The position numbers and the translations under genes were made by a program. The notes beneath the pieces are model-generated. The model made no database searches, was not told the DNA's origin, and saw only the letters and a list, made by a program, of their open reading frames with translations. A DNA stretch of 64,000 nucleotides from an uncultured Clostridia bacterium (GTDB taxonomy: Bacteria > Bacillota > Clostridia > Saccharofermentanales > Saccharofermentanaceae): NCBI GenBank assembly GCA_947304405.1, contig CAMZBB010000003.1, positions 836 to 64,835 of the forward strand. Reading direction: 5' to 3'. This document shows, piece by piece, positions 36,587-47,095 of this stretch; the stretch's first letter is position 1, and each line of letters begins with the position of its first letter.

Positions 36587-38542
36587 ATGTTCTGTATGAA
36601 ATGTGGTCAAAAACTCGCCGATAACGCGACGTTTTGCGGAAATTGCGGAACGCCTGTAACTGACGCGGCTCCGGCAGCTGTACCGGCTCCCGCAGAAGCA
36701 GCACCTGCCCCTGCAGCGCCCGCTGAAGTTGTTCCTGCGGTACCTGCTGCTCCGGTTGAACCGGTTCCCGCAGTTGAAGTTCCTGCTGAGGTTGCACCTG
36801 TAGCAGCCGTTCCTGCAGTTGAAGTTCCTGCTCCTGCAGTACCTGTGGCGGAAACTGTTCCTGCGCCTGCCGTACCGGTTGCTGCCGTACCCGGAGCTGC
36901 TCCTGCTCCTGCACCTGCTCCTGCGGCAAAGGGCGGAAAGAAGAAATGGCTTCTTCCTGTCATCATCGGCGGTTCTTCGCTTCTTTTGGTCATTATCGGC
37001 ATAGTTGTTTTCTTTATTCTCTGGAACAACCGCATTACCAAGATCGACCTTAATGAGTTCGCAAAATTCGAATACAGCGGCTACGACACCGTCGGCAAGG
37101 CCGTATTCGAATATGATTACGACAAGCTCATAGAGAAGTACAAGAAAGACATCAGATATACCAAGGAAGGCAAGATCATCTATGGTGATGACTACGATGC
37201 TGACGAGGCTTTCGAGAAGATACTCAAGAGCAGCGCCAGGAGCGGACGTACAGTCGCTGACGGCCTGAAGAACGGTGATACTGTCGATTATGAGTGGAGT
37301 AATTCACTCGTTTCGAAGCTTACGCAGTATTTTAAGGTCGATATCACCGAACTGAAGTTTACCGATACCGTTAAGGGCCTTGATGAGGCTAAGATCGTTG
37401 ATATCTTTGAGGGATTGCAGATTGAATATAAGGGCGTTGCTCCTTATGCGTACATTTACTCGATCAAGTCAAACAATCAGTATAATATCCGTTTCCGTGC
37501 CGATAAGTTAGAGCAGTTAAGCAATGGCGACACCATTACCATTACTACCAGCCGCGGTGATGATCTCACCAGATATCTGCTCGAGAACTTCGGCGTTCTT
37601 CCTAAAGCAGTATCCACAACGATCACTGTTTCAGGCCTCGGAACCTATATAATGAATCCTGAAGAGATCTCGTCAGACTTCATGGCTAAGCTTCAGGCTC
37701 AGGCTGATGCTACTAATAACGCATATCTTGCAAAGGATATCACGAATAATGATGAGACTCTGGTAAGCACGACATGCGTAGGTTATTACTTCCTCAAGAA
37801 TAAGACGTCTTCGAACACTTCCACGAACAACCAGATGATCTTCGTTTATAAGAACGTGGTGCACAATACCCACACTTATAACAAAAAGACGTATTCCAAG
37901 GACAATATGTTCCTGTCGTTCTGCTTCATCAATAACCTTACTGTTCTTCCTGACGGTTCAAGCAGCGTTGATCTCAGTTCGTTTAAGATGTATCAGGGCA
38001 AGAGCATCAAGTTCTCAAGCACGACCGGTTACCGCTCATGGTATTATTCCGGTTTCGAGGATATCGATTCCCTCAAGAATCAGGCTGTCACAAGATATAT
38101 CGACAGATATGATTATTTCGAGAAGATCGATATGGACAAGATTAATGCAGGCGGCGGTACGGCTGAGCCTACTGCACCTTCCGAATCTGATGCGGCTGAG
38201 CCGTCTGAAGGTTCAGCGAAGACCATTGAAGAGGCTATCAAGCCTGAAGAGCTTCAGAAGATGATCGATAAGCTCAAGGAAAGTAGTGTTTTTAAGGACA
38301 ACTACGTTGATGTCAAGATCGAGATCAGTGGAAACAACGTTAAATACCAATATTACTACAACAAAGACTTTGACACAGAGCAGATCGAGAAAATAAAGAC
38401 TCAGCTCGAGAACAGCTCCTTGAAGAGCCAGATTTCGACTCTCAAGAACACATTCAAGTCGTCTTACGGTGTCGCAGCTGAAACGATCACATTTGAGTAT
38501 TACACAAAGAGCGGCACGCTCATTGCATCCATCTCAGGGTAA
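36587..38542 (+). CDS. zinc-ribbon domain membrane protein with Pro/Ala-rich linker
   Basis: N-terminal CxxC...CxxC (MFCMKCGQKLADNATFCGNCG), about 90 aa of P/A/V repeats, one TM segment and a large extracytoplasmic domain. Confidence 0.7.
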   Translation: MFCMKCGQKLADNATFCGNCGTPVTDAAPAAVPAPAEAAPAPAAPAEVVPAVPAAPVEPVPAVEVPAEVAPVAAVPAVEVPAPAVPVAETVPAPAVPVAAVPGAAPAPAPAPAAKGGKKKWLLPVIIGGSSLLLVIIGIVVFFILWNNRITKIDLNEFAKFEYSGYDTVGKAVFEYDYDKLIEKYKKDIRYTKEGKIIYGDDYDADEAFEKILKSSARSGRTVADGLKNGDTVDYEWSNSLVSKLTQYFKVDITELKFTDTVKGLDEAKIVDIFEGLQIEYKGVAPYAYIYSIKSNNQYNIRFRADKLEQLSNGDTITITTSRGDDLTRYLLENFGVLPKAVSTTITVSGLGTYIMNPEEISSDFMAKLQAQADATNNAYLAKDITNNDETLVSTTCVGYYFLKNKTSSNTSTNNQMIFVYKNVVHNTHTYNKKTYSKDNMFLSFCFINNLTVLPDGSSSVDLSSFKMYQGKSIKFSSTTGYRSWYYSGFEDIDSLKNQAVTRYIDRYDYFEKIDMDKINAGGGTAEPTAPSESDAAEPSEGSAKTIEEAIKPEELQKMIDKLKESSVFKDNYVDVKIEISGNNVKYQYYYNKDFDTEQIEKIKTQLENSSLKSQISTLKNTFKSSYGVAAETITFEYYTKSGTLIASISG

Positions 38543-38573
38543 ACTCAAATCCGGATAAGCGAGAACTAAAGCA

Positions 38574-38605
38574 AAGGGCTGTTGCTGATTTAAGCGACAG
38601 CCCTT
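38574..38605 (+). terminator. intrinsic terminator
   Basis: AAGGGCTGTTGC...GCGACAGCCCTT (one G-U pair) followed by TTCGTATGTTTT. Confidence 0.65.
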
Positions 38606-38729
38606 TTCGTATGTTTTACAGCAGCATTACATCTTTGTAACGATTGATTTCCTTGACATATTTTGCATTACTGTGTATAAATTTTGAGTTATTATCTATG
38701 AGTAAAAAGATGCAATTGGAGGATGACCA

Positions 38730-39662
38730 ATGAAGAAAACGAGGATAGCAGCAGGATTCATGGTGCTTGTCATGGCTGCTTCGCTTTCCGGGTGCGACAG
38801 GATTTTGCCGCCCCGCGCTACCTCAATGATCACCGAACCGCCGGTTGAGACGACTGCGATCACAACGAAGGCTACTAAGGCAACCTCTGAAACGGCTGCT
38901 ACTACAACTGAGCCCAAGAAACCGAGTGAATGTCTTGTAGGCGTATGGATCGGTGCATCTTATAATGCATATCCCGGAGGAATCCTCGAATTCAAAGAGG
39001 ATGGTTCGTTCGTATACAGGGAATTAAGGAAAAAGTCAGGAGCCGCAGTTGATCCTGCTCTTGAGATCAGGACTACGTATAAAGCTGCCGATAAGGATGA
39101 GAAAACCTGCACGGTTGATCTTGCGCAGAGCGGGGAGAAAACATTTAAGCAGTTGGAATGCAAAGTCGAAGGCCATAAATTGAGGATTACCGGACTTGAT
39201 TACATTCCTGAAGGCCAGTTCTTTGATTTCTACAGCAATAATTTCAATTCGGCTTCAAAGGTCAGAGATACGGATCTTTTCGGTGAATGGGTCCTTTACG
39301 GACAGAACGGAAAGAAGGTCGCAAACACCGAAGACGAGCGTCTTGAGATCTACGAGGATAATACCGCCAAGTATACAAGTTATCTTCCTAACGACAAAAA
39401 GAAAGAGAACCGCGGTAAGGTCGATTTTCTTTATAACGTCGAATATAACTGGGACGGCGACTATATGCTGCTTCTCTGGGAGAAAGAGAGCGGAAGCCTT
39501 TACAAGGTATATTACTCATATAAGCTCACTACGACAAAACTACAATTCCCTACGTCCGTCAAGATCGATCCCGAGTCCAAAAAACTCGTATGGGTGAAAT
39601 GGGTTGAGTTTAAGCACCCGATTCCTTCACTCGAAGATACGACAACGCCTACGGAATCCTGA
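38730..39662 (+). CDS. lipoprotein, function unknown
   Basis: Lipobox SLSGC and a Thr-rich linker. GGAGGA RBS. Confidence 0.65.
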   Translation: MKKTRIAAGFMVLVMAASLSGCDRILPPRATSMITEPPVETTAITTKATKATSETAATTTEPKKPSECLVGVWIGASYNAYPGGILEFKEDGSFVYRELRKKSGAAVDPALEIRTTYKAADKDEKTCTVDLAQSGEKTFKQLECKVEGHKLRITGLDYIPEGQFFDFYSNNFNSASKVRDTDLFGEWVLYGQNGKKVANTEDERLEIYEDNTAKYTSYLPNDKKKENRGKVDFLYNVEYNWDGDYMLLLWEKESGSLYKVYYSYKLTTTKLQFPTSVKIDPESKKLVWVKWVEFKHPIPSLEDTTTPTES

Positions 39663-39672
39663 TATCAGTTTT

Positions 39673-39993
39673 TCAGTCTTCTTTTTCCTGTCCGTCGTCA
39701 AACTTTTTGACGGCGAAGATAAGAAGACCCGCAGTTCCGCCTATCAGCACTGCCAGCGAAGGCCATATCATGATATTGATATCACCGAACATCGAGATAA
39801 GTCCGCTTGCGAAAGGCGCGATCGCGACAAAAGCGACTATTTTGCCGACATATCTTGCATAGGCCTTTTTGTCGCGGGGTTTGGTGGCATGACCGCGCAG
39901 CACCAGTCCGTAATTGCCGGAACTTAAGGCTAAAGCATAGAGCCAGAGCGCTACCGCAAATACCATCATGAGGATCCCATAGGCGTGTTCCAT
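39673..39993 (-). CDS. small membrane protein, function unknown
   Basis: 106 aa with 3 hydrophobic spans. AAGAGG RBS. Confidence 0.55.
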   Translation of the reverse strand: MEHAYGILMMVFAVALWLYALALSSGNYGLVLRGHATKPRDKKAYARYVGKIVAFVAIAPFASGLISMFGDINIMIWPSLAVLIGGTAGLLIFAVKKFDDGQEKED

Positions 39994-40004
39994 AAAAAGA
40001 CCTC

Positions 40005-40583
40005 TTATGCTTCGGGTGTCTCGTGTGTTAAGGAAATGGTTATTACTTTGCCGGAGCCGTCAGAAAGGAACTGGAGCTTTATTCCGTTTTTCACATAAGT
40101 GATACCGAAATCCTCGACAGACGTCGGCTCGCCAAAGACTTTTTTCACATCGTCAAAAGACTGGCCGACCTTTATGCCGTTGCAGTCAACGGTATCGTTA
40201 CGGGCCTCGACTGTATCGATAACGATCTTACCGCCATTTTCCTGGGCAAAGATGATAAGCGATTTGTAATCGTAAGTGTAATCGATGCCGACATATGCGC
40301 ATGACGGGTTTTCCGTGTATATGTATTCTTTTCCGAGCTCTTTGATGACCGGCTCGACCTCGGTGTCCAAAACCAGCTTCACTCCGTTGTAAGTGAAAAA
40401 GAATCCGCTTTCAACGGCAGCATTATTGTTTCCGTCTGAAACAGGACGGTTTCCTGCCTGAGATACCTTTGTCTGCCCGCCGGCAATGCGTTCGGGGTTG
40501 TTGTCTCCTGAGCTGGAGGCACTGCATGATGATAACGTCAGGATAATGCCGGCTGCTAATGCTAAAGTTAAAAGTCTTCTCAT
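40005..40583 (-). CDS. lipoprotein, function unknown
   Basis: MRRLLTLALAAGIILTLSSC lipobox. ATG at 40583 follows AAGGGGA; the track start at 40670 would overlap the upstream gene. Confidence 0.65.
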   Translation of the reverse strand: MRRLLTLALAAGIILTLSSCSASSSGDNNPERIAGGQTKVSQAGNRPVSDGNNNAAVESGFFFTYNGVKLVLDTEVEPVIKELGKEYIYTENPSCAYVGIDYTYDYKSLIIFAQENGGKIVIDTVEARNDTVDCNGIKVGQSFDDVKKVFGEPTSVEDFGITYVKNGIKLQFLSDGSGKVITISLTHETPEA

Positions 40584-40608
40584 ATAATTTTCCCCTTGTT
40601 TTTCCTTA

Positions 40609-41847
40609 TCACTTTGTTGCGCGCTTAGGATACTTGCTTGATTTGAACTTGTGGTACTTATCGAGTTCACTGTCAGTCAGTTTGAAATAGACCTTCGGAT
40701 GATTTCTGAAAGGCGTTGCATCACAGTGGTACCATCCGCCGTTCATATAAACCAGATTCCAATAATGATGTGTGGTAACCGGATAACGCGTTACTATCAT
40801 GTTTGGGATCCCGGCTTTTTGCAGGAGGATCTTGCATGTATATGCATAGACCCTGCAGTTGCCTTTGTATTTGGTCAATCCCTGATAAGCCGCTTTTTTG
40901 CCGGTTGCCTTTGAAGCAGAGTGGACGTAGTGGATATTTTTGTGAACCCATTTGAATATTGCACGCGCCGTCTCAACATCACTGCCTCTCTTTAGTTTCT
41001 TCACAAGCTGTCTGGCAAGCGCATCGACTTTACTGTAATCAGGTTTTGCATAACGTACTACACGCTTTTTTGCTGTCTTTTTCCTGGGAGGAGACTTCCT
41101 GGCTACCGTGACAGTTGCCTTTTCGGTCGTCTTGTTGCCAGCGTTGTCCTCTGCCTCGTAAGATATCTCGTAAGAGCCCGGAGTATCAACGTTGAGGCCG
41201 CTTATGTTTATACGGACAGGAACGTTTCCGGAGACGTTGTCCGTAGCGTAAACTCCTTCTGAAAGATCCGGTGATTCACCCGGGTTTATGGTTATATCTT
41301 TAAAGCCGTGGATCACGGGGGGCGTTGTATCGTATCCTACAATGAATCTCGCATTGACAACGGAAGAGTTACCGTAGTTATCGGTCAGACGTACCGGAGC
41401 ATTTATGATCCCGCCGTTCCTGAAATCGGGAACGCTCTCGTATTCGATAGAAGAGATCCCGCTGAGATCATAGGCGTCTTTGACCATTTCGGCAGGGGAA
41501 GGGACCTGATCGTAGGAAAGAACAGTCTTTGTAACACCTTCAGCCTGCGGAGCAACGGTGTCTTCGATCCTTAATGTGACGGTCTCGTTGAAAACTATGC
41601 TGTAGTGGACTTTGATCTTGTAGATGGAAGGCACATTAGTATCTATGGACGATACATCGGTTATGAATTTGGCATCATCGGGAACTTTGTGAAAAAAAGA
41701 ACCGATCCTTATGGGGCTGCCTGCTTCAATAACTGCTTCATGTATCAGGTTTGCCTTGGAGTCACGCAAAGAAAACAGCACAGTCATCACTACGATCCCT
41801 GCGCAATAAGCAATTTTCAGAAACGTTCCAAGTCTTTTACGGTCCAA
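40609..41847 (-). CDS. transglutaminase-like cysteine protease-fold protein with Ig-like domain, membrane-anchored
   Basis: N-terminal TM segment and an Ig-like repeat (PPVIHGFKDITINPGE...ATDNVSGNV). Transglutaminase core GNCRVYAYTCKILL...HHYWNLVYMNGGWYHCDAT. Confidence 0.72.
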   Translation of the reverse strand: MDRKRLGTFLKIAYCAGIVVMTVLFSLRDSKANLIHEAVIEAGSPIRIGSFFHKVPDDAKFITDVSSIDTNVPSIYKIKVHYSIVFNETVTLRIEDTVAPQAEGVTKTVLSYDQVPSPAEMVKDAYDLSGISSIEYESVPDFRNGGIINAPVRLTDNYGNSSVVNARFIVGYDTTPPVIHGFKDITINPGESPDLSEGVYATDNVSGNVPVRINISGLNVDTPGSYEISYEAEDNAGNKTTEKATVTVARKSPPRKKTAKKRVVRYAKPDYSKVDALARQLVKKLKRGSDVETARAIFKWVHKNIHYVHSASKATGKKAAYQGLTKYKGNCRVYAYTCKILLQKAGIPNMIVTRYPVTTHHYWNLVYMNGGWYHCDATPFRNHPKVYFKLTDSELDKYHKFKSSKYPKRATK

Positions 41848-41999
41848 TGAATCTATCCTTCATAAAATAATCTTGCTAATTATATACCAAAAGCAAAGTC
41901 CTCGTATATGTTAGGAAAAATATGGGAAAATGTGCCTTTGTACGCAATCGTGGCTTTAAAGTGTTATTATTGTATAGCATCCGATGGAAAGGGATTAGT

Positions 42000-42827
42000 A
42001 TGTCAGAGATCAAGAAATGTCCTATATGCGGCGGGACGATACATAACAAAGTTGCCGGCAAATACATCTGCTCGCAGTGCGGAAACGCAATATCCGAGAG
42101 CGATGTGATCATCGAAAGGGATAATGAGACCTCCGGTGCAGACTGGAGCTACACGAGCTTTGAGAACGAGCCCAAAGAAGAGCCCGTTCAGTCTTATAAG
42201 GCCGAAAGAGAGGAACCTGTAAAGGAGAATCCGCGGAAGGAAAAGCAAAAAAAAGAGAAGGTAAAAAAGGAGCGGAAGAAGAAAGAACCCAGGCAGAAAG
42301 TCTATTCTGCAGGGAAGGCCCGTTCTTTTGATCTCAAAGATCTGGATTACACTCTCCTCTGGCCGGTCTTATGCGCAGGAGTTGCGGGGATCTGCTTTAC
42401 ATTGATCCTTATCCTCATGTGCGTGTACAAGTTCAGGTTCCTTGTTTTGTGGCTGCCGTTTCTCGGTCTTTCTGCTTATCTCATGTTTGCGCTGCTCTTG
42501 TGGCCTGTTTTCGACAAGGCCGGAGAAAAGCCCTGGAAAGCATTGGTACCTGTTTATAACGGCTATGTACTGTATGAGATATCCGGCTACAACGGTTGGA
42601 TCTTTTTCATTACGCTTATTCCGACGTTCGGACAGCTTGTGGGTGTCTTCACAGGGTTGATGGCATCGGTATCGCTGGCCGCTAAATTCGGCAAGCCGCC
42701 AAAGTGGGGGATCATATATCTTTTCCTCCTGTTTGTTGCAGGCTGGGTTATCATCGACGTTACCAACATGACTTATAATTCGAGTGCCGGACATCAGAAG
42801 AACATGTCTCCGTTCCAGAACTTTTAA
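42000..42827 (+). CDS. zinc-ribbon protein with Lys/Glu-rich linker and C-terminal membrane domain (DUF5684-like)
   Basis: MSEIKKCPICGG...CSQCGN. The membrane domain has the WKALVPVYNGYVLYEISG motif. Start at 42000 preferred over the track's 41922. Confidence 0.55.
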   Translation: MSEIKKCPICGGTIHNKVAGKYICSQCGNAISESDVIIERDNETSGADWSYTSFENEPKEEPVQSYKAEREEPVKENPRKEKQKKEKVKKERKKKEPRQKVYSAGKARSFDLKDLDYTLLWPVLCAGVAGICFTLILILMCVYKFRFLVLWLPFLGLSAYLMFALLLWPVFDKAGEKPWKALVPVYNGYVLYEISGYNGWIFFITLIPTFGQLVGVFTGLMASVSLAAKFGKPPKWGIIYLFLLFVAGWVIIDVTNMTYNSSAGHQKNMSPFQNF

Positions 42828-42845
42828 GAAGAGGAGGGATCAGTT

Positions 42846-43589
42846 ATGTCATATCAGCAACCGCAGTACTATCAGATGCCTCCCGTTCCGCAGCAGGTTT
42901 ATCCGGCACAGCCTGTGCCTCAAAAGTTCAAAGGCGGCTTTCATCCTTTATACATATGGTCTTTGGCCTGTCTTGTCCTGACGTACACTTATATTTTCAT
43001 CTTTGTTTTCGCAACTAATTTGTTCAGCAAGATTGGAAACAAAAGCTCCAGCATCCCGTTTATCTTCTTTTTGTTTCCGCTGTTCCTTACCGTTGCGAAT
43101 ATCGTGATCTCGATAGTTTACAGGAGACGCATAGACAGGAGATACTTCCTCGGGGCAGCGATCATATTGAAGTACGGTCTCATTCCGTATTTCATCGTTG
43201 GCGGCCTGTTGATAGCCATCTTTTTCCTGCTCATCTTTACCCCGGTCGTCATTATGGTATTCGTATCTCCTCCGATCATAATCACCCTCCTTTTCCTCGG
43301 ATGGTTCTCGATGTCGGAAAGCGCGCCGTTCATGATCGTCTATTTCGTTGATGCGGCCAAAGAAAGCGCAAAGACCGGCAAGAAATCACTCAAGGTCGGC
43401 GGCGTTTTATATGCGGTATTCGGAGGCATTATGCAGATGTTTTTCTGCCTCGACGTACTGGCGGCTGAGATCGCCTGCTACAAAGAAAGACGGCATGTTG
43501 TCCTGACGACGATCGTCATTGTCCTGCCTATTGTAATCTTCATCATCGGAATAGCCCTGATCCTCATCAAGGTCTTTTCTTCCATCTGA
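42846..43589 (+). CDS. polytopic membrane protein with Pro/Gln-rich N-terminus
   Basis: MSYQQPQYYQMPPVPQQVYPAQPVPQ followed by about 6 hydrophobic spans. GAGGAGGG RBS. Confidence 0.6.
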   Translation: MSYQQPQYYQMPPVPQQVYPAQPVPQKFKGGFHPLYIWSLACLVLTYTYIFIFVFATNLFSKIGNKSSSIPFIFFLFPLFLTVANIVISIVYRRRIDRRYFLGAAIILKYGLIPYFIVGGLLIAIFFLLIFTPVVIMVFVSPPIIITLLFLGWFSMSESAPFMIVYFVDAAKESAKTGKKSLKVGGVLYAVFGGIMQMFFCLDVLAAEIACYKERRHVVLTTIVIVLPIVIFIIGIALILIKVFSSI

Positions 43590-43612
43590 GCAGTGTAAGT
43601 TGCCGACAGGAT

Positions 43613-44431
43613 CTAATTGTCGGTCTTTGGCGAGTCCCCGTGTTCCATGCGGTAACCCTTGAGCGAGGTTATGTTGTCGATCATGGATGTCGGCACGAAA
43701 AGATTCAAAGAACCGAAAGCATTTATCACAAAGCCGTTGATGTCCGGATTTGCAGCCATGGTTACGATATCAGAGAATCTGAGTATCATAGTCTGGATCT
43801 GTCCGTCGGCATCTTTCGGAACATCGGGCCATTTGTTAAGTTCAGCCCAATCGGTGAATACGGGCAGTGTTGCTTTGCCCGGATATTTGCCGTTAGCCAG
43901 AGTATGGAAGTTGATCTGAGTTTGGGCTTCTATCACGGATCTGCCGTTGCCTTTGTCCACAGGCGGCTTGCTCATCGTTATCGCCGTAAGATAATGAGCA
44001 TGGGCGATGGCATAAACAAATTTGCCGAAGTATAGCGGATCGTCCCTGAAATCGTTCCCGTATAGAAGTCCGACGAGATACGGGTTCTCAACGGCAATGT
44101 TGACGTCTTTGTTTACCCATGGACGTACGTTAGTGACAACACAGTACTTGTCCACTTCCGAAGGGCTTACGCCGAGAACCAGGGCCACAGGGCCTTCGCT
44201 AAATGAATCCGGATGTTCCTTGCCATTGTCATTAACGCTTTCCAACTGCCTGACATCGGTGAGCAGCGTTTTTCCGGTGTGATCGATGATATAGACCGCA
44301 TCGCCTTTATTGACGGTCCCGTGAACCGTTCCCGTTACGACAGTCAAACCGTCAGAGTCAAGCCGGTAGTCGAACTTGTCTTCAACAAGATAGAAAAATC
44401 TGCCGGGAGCCTTTGCAATACCGTCTTCCAT
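43613..44431 (-). CDS. SseB-family protein with N-terminal beta-barrel domain
   Basis: The C-terminal half (ATLPVFTDWAELNKW...GFVINAFG) resembles SseB. The N-terminus resembles an EF-Tu domain-2-like barrel (VVTGTVHGTVNKGDAVYII). Confidence 0.5.
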   Translation of the reverse strand: MEDGIAKAPGRFFYLVEDKFDYRLDSDGLTVVTGTVHGTVNKGDAVYIIDHTGKTLLTDVRQLESVNDNGKEHPDSFSEGPVALVLGVSPSEVDKYCVVTNVRPWVNKDVNIAVENPYLVGLLYGNDFRDDPLYFGKFVYAIAHAHYLTAITMSKPPVDKGNGRSVIEAQTQINFHTLANGKYPGKATLPVFTDWAELNKWPDVPKDADGQIQTMILRFSDIVTMAANPDINGFVINAFGSLNLFVPTSMIDNITSLKGYRMEHGDSPKTDN

Positions 44432-44552
44432 CCTTTTAGCCTTCGGCCTCCTTTACGATGCGTCCGGTTAGATTCTAACATAACTTGCCTAACACCTTTC
44501 CGTAAACTAAAATATAAAGTCGCGTATGCGCGCGATGATTAGGGGACCGTTA

Positions 44553-45617
44553 ATGAAGAAGAAACCGTTGGACAGGAACAGATTGATTCTTACAGTACTG
44601 GCGTTGACGTCGCTGGCGCTTCTTCTCGCGACAGTTATCGGACTTATCTACTTTAACGGCAGGGTCAATGCATTCAGTGCCGGCGGTGACGAGCAGATAA
44701 ATCAATACAAATACGTCTATGCGTTCATTGCCAACGATACTGACGATACGCTTTCTGCCAGTCTTTACAAGGACATGGTCGAATACGGCAAGGAACACGA
44801 CTGCTTTGTCGAAAGGATCGGAAGCGGTCTTGCGGCAAATTATTCCAAGAGCGATCTTTTCAATATCGCGATATATTCCAAAGTTGACGGGATCATACTT
44901 CAGGGCGACGGCACGGCTGAGACCGATGCCCTGATCGACCGTGCGGACAAGGCCGGGATCCCGGTAGTTACGGTTCTTACCGATAACAAGAACTCCGCAC
45001 GCAAGAGCTTCATCGGAATGAACGATTTCAGCGTCGGAACCGATTACGGCACACAGATAATCAATGCGGCGAGAGACAGCGGAAAACAGATGGGAGACAC
45101 GGTATCTGTCCTTGTCATAATGAATGCGAAAGATTCCAACCAGAATACCATCCTCTCGGCCATTCAGGATAAGGTGGCTTCAGCCAACCCCGTAGGTCCG
45201 AAGATAAAGCTTACCACTGAGACTATTACGAGCAGCACGGCTTTCAGCATCCAGGAGAACGTTAAGGACCTTTTGGACGGTTATGCTTCGCTTCCTGACG
45301 TTATCGTCTGCTTAAGCGACATTAACACCAGGAGCGTTTACCAGTGCATAGTCGAGAGCAACCGAGTCGGTAGCACGAGGGTATTGGGATATTACGATTC
45401 CGATACGGTCATTAAGGCGATCGAGCGCGGATCGGTCTATGCGACGTTTACGGTCGCAACTGAACAGATGGGCAAGTTCTGTGTCGATGCTCTTAACGAA
45501 TACAAGACCTTGGGTAACGTAAGCGCATATTTCAGTACGGACTATGAGCTCGTTACAAACGATACACTGGCGGCAAAACAGCAGAACGGCGGCAAGGGCA
45601 AAGATGAAGAAGATTAA
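44553..45617 (+). CDS. membrane-anchored periplasmic-binding-protein (PBP1, sugar-binding) domain protein, probable sensor partner of the kinase
   Basis: N-terminal TM segment and a LacI/RbsB-like fold (IILQGDG...AGIPVVTV). Sits immediately upstream of, and overlaps, the histidine kinase gene. Confidence 0.7.
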   Translation: MKKKPLDRNRLILTVLALTSLALLLATVIGLIYFNGRVNAFSAGGDEQINQYKYVYAFIANDTDDTLSASLYKDMVEYGKEHDCFVERIGSGLAANYSKSDLFNIAIYSKVDGIILQGDGTAETDALIDRADKAGIPVVTVLTDNKNSARKSFIGMNDFSVGTDYGTQIINAARDSGKQMGDTVSVLVIMNAKDSNQNTILSAIQDKVASANPVGPKIKLTTETITSSTAFSIQENVKDLLDGYASLPDVIVCLSDINTRSVYQCIVESNRVGSTRVLGYYDSDTVIKAIERGSVYATFTVATEQMGKFCVDALNEYKTLGNVSAYFSTDYELVTNDTLAAKQQNGGKGKDEED

Positions 45618-47094
45618 CTATTACTTCAGAAATCTCAAGCTCAGGCACAAGCTGGTCCTTGTGTTCTTGTTAACGTCGCTTGCATCACTGGGCATCAACA
45701 TAATCGTTTACATGAACCTCAACGTCAGTCTTAACAAGATGGACGTTGTCTATTCAAGTAATATCAGCCTCAACAACATATCCGACAGCCTTGAGAAGAT
45801 ACAGACGAGTCTTACGGGATTCCTTGAGACCAAGGGAACGGATGAACTTGAGACTTACTACAAGTATGAGCAGGAGATCAAGAACCAGCTGTTGGATCTG
45901 AACAGCCTTCCGACTGATAATACGAGCAAACTGACGGAACGTACCATCAGGATGATGACTGATAACTACCTGAGCGTTGCGAATGCTGCGATAACTGCCA
46001 AGCGAGGCAGGAACATAATGGAATATACAAAAAGGTATCAGGAGTGCCAGCAGCTCTACGATTACCTGAACGTTTACATATACAGTCTCAACAACGAACA
46101 GTTCAAGAACAACTCCGAGAACTATAAATCGCTCATGAGGTCGATCCAGTATTCGGAGGTCTTGTGCCTGTCTATTTTCGCCATCGTCTCAGTAATGAAC
46201 GTTCTGTTGATCATATTCATGACGGGAAGGATCACGATGCCTTTGACCACGCTTTCCGAGAAGGCAAACGAGATCTCGGAGAAGAGCCCTGAGAAGGTCG
46301 ATCCTCTCGAGATCAAGTATAACGACGAGATCGGAACCGTTACCAAAGCTTTCAACCAGATGCTGTCGAGCATCAAGGAATACATCAGGCGCATCAGGGC
46401 CCAGATGGTCACCGAGAGCGCCATGAAGGAGAAGAGCCTTCTGATGGAGAACCACCTGAAAGATGCCCAGCTCAAGTATCTTCAGGCTCAGATCAATCCG
46501 CACTTTTTGTTCAACACGCTGAATGCCGGTGCTCAGCTCGCCATGATGGAAGGCGCTGACAGGACCAACGAATACATCAGGAACATGGCGGATTTCTTCA
46601 GATACAACGTCAAAAAGGATAATGAAGTCGTTACGGTATCGGAGGAGATCGGGCTCGTTGACAGCTATATCTACATCCTTAACGTCAGGTTCTCCGGTGA
46701 TATAAGATTCCGTAAGGTAATCGATGAGACACTCTTGTCAGTGCGTGTTCCGAGCATGATCATCCAGCCTTTGGTCGAGAACTCGATCAAGTACGGAACC
46801 CCGGATCCGGAGAGCGGCGAGAACGAAGGTGAGGTCGTCCTCTCACTTTACAAGAAAGATGATATGGCCTGCATCGAGGTCAGCGACAACGGACCGGGCA
46901 TGCCGGAAGAGACGGTTCACATGATACTTGCAAGAGAACCCGTCGGCACCGATACGGACGAGACCAAGGGCATAGGACTTAATAACGTTATCTCGAGGCT
47001 CGATCTTTTCTACGACGGCAGGGAAGGCATCGACATAATCAGCAATGCCGGAGAAGGAACAAGAATAATAATCAAGATCCCAATGGAGCAGTGA
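45604..47094 (+). CDS. sensor histidine kinase (LytS/YesM type)
   Basis: TM, HAMP, His-kinase region LQAQINPHFLFNTLN, and an HATPase domain (DNGPGM...GIGLNNV). Confidence 0.88.
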   Translation: MKKINYYFRNLKLRHKLVLVFLLTSLASLGINIIVYMNLNVSLNKMDVVYSSNISLNNISDSLEKIQTSLTGFLETKGTDELETYYKYEQEIKNQLLDLNSLPTDNTSKLTERTIRMMTDNYLSVANAAITAKRGRNIMEYTKRYQECQQLYDYLNVYIYSLNNEQFKNNSENYKSLMRSIQYSEVLCLSIFAIVSVMNVLLIIFMTGRITMPLTTLSEKANEISEKSPEKVDPLEIKYNDEIGTVTKAFNQMLSSIKEYIRRIRAQMVTESAMKEKSLLMENHLKDAQLKYLQAQINPHFLFNTLNAGAQLAMMEGADRTNEYIRNMADFFRYNVKKDNEVVTVSEEIGLVDSYIYILNVRFSGDIRFRKVIDETLLSVRVPSMIIQPLVENSIKYGTPDPESGENEGEVVLSLYKKDDMACIEVSDNGPGMPEETVHMILAREPVGTDTDETKGIGLNNVISRLDLFYDGREGIDIISNAGEGTRIIIKIPMEQ

Positions 47095-47095
47095 T

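Noticed and set aside
36585-37041. Minus-strand ORFs of 114 and 144 aa (Q/E/P-rich and G/A/T-rich)
   Set aside because: They are mirror images of the Pro/Ala-rich repeat region of the zinc-ribbon gene. Low-complexity sequence keeps all frames open.
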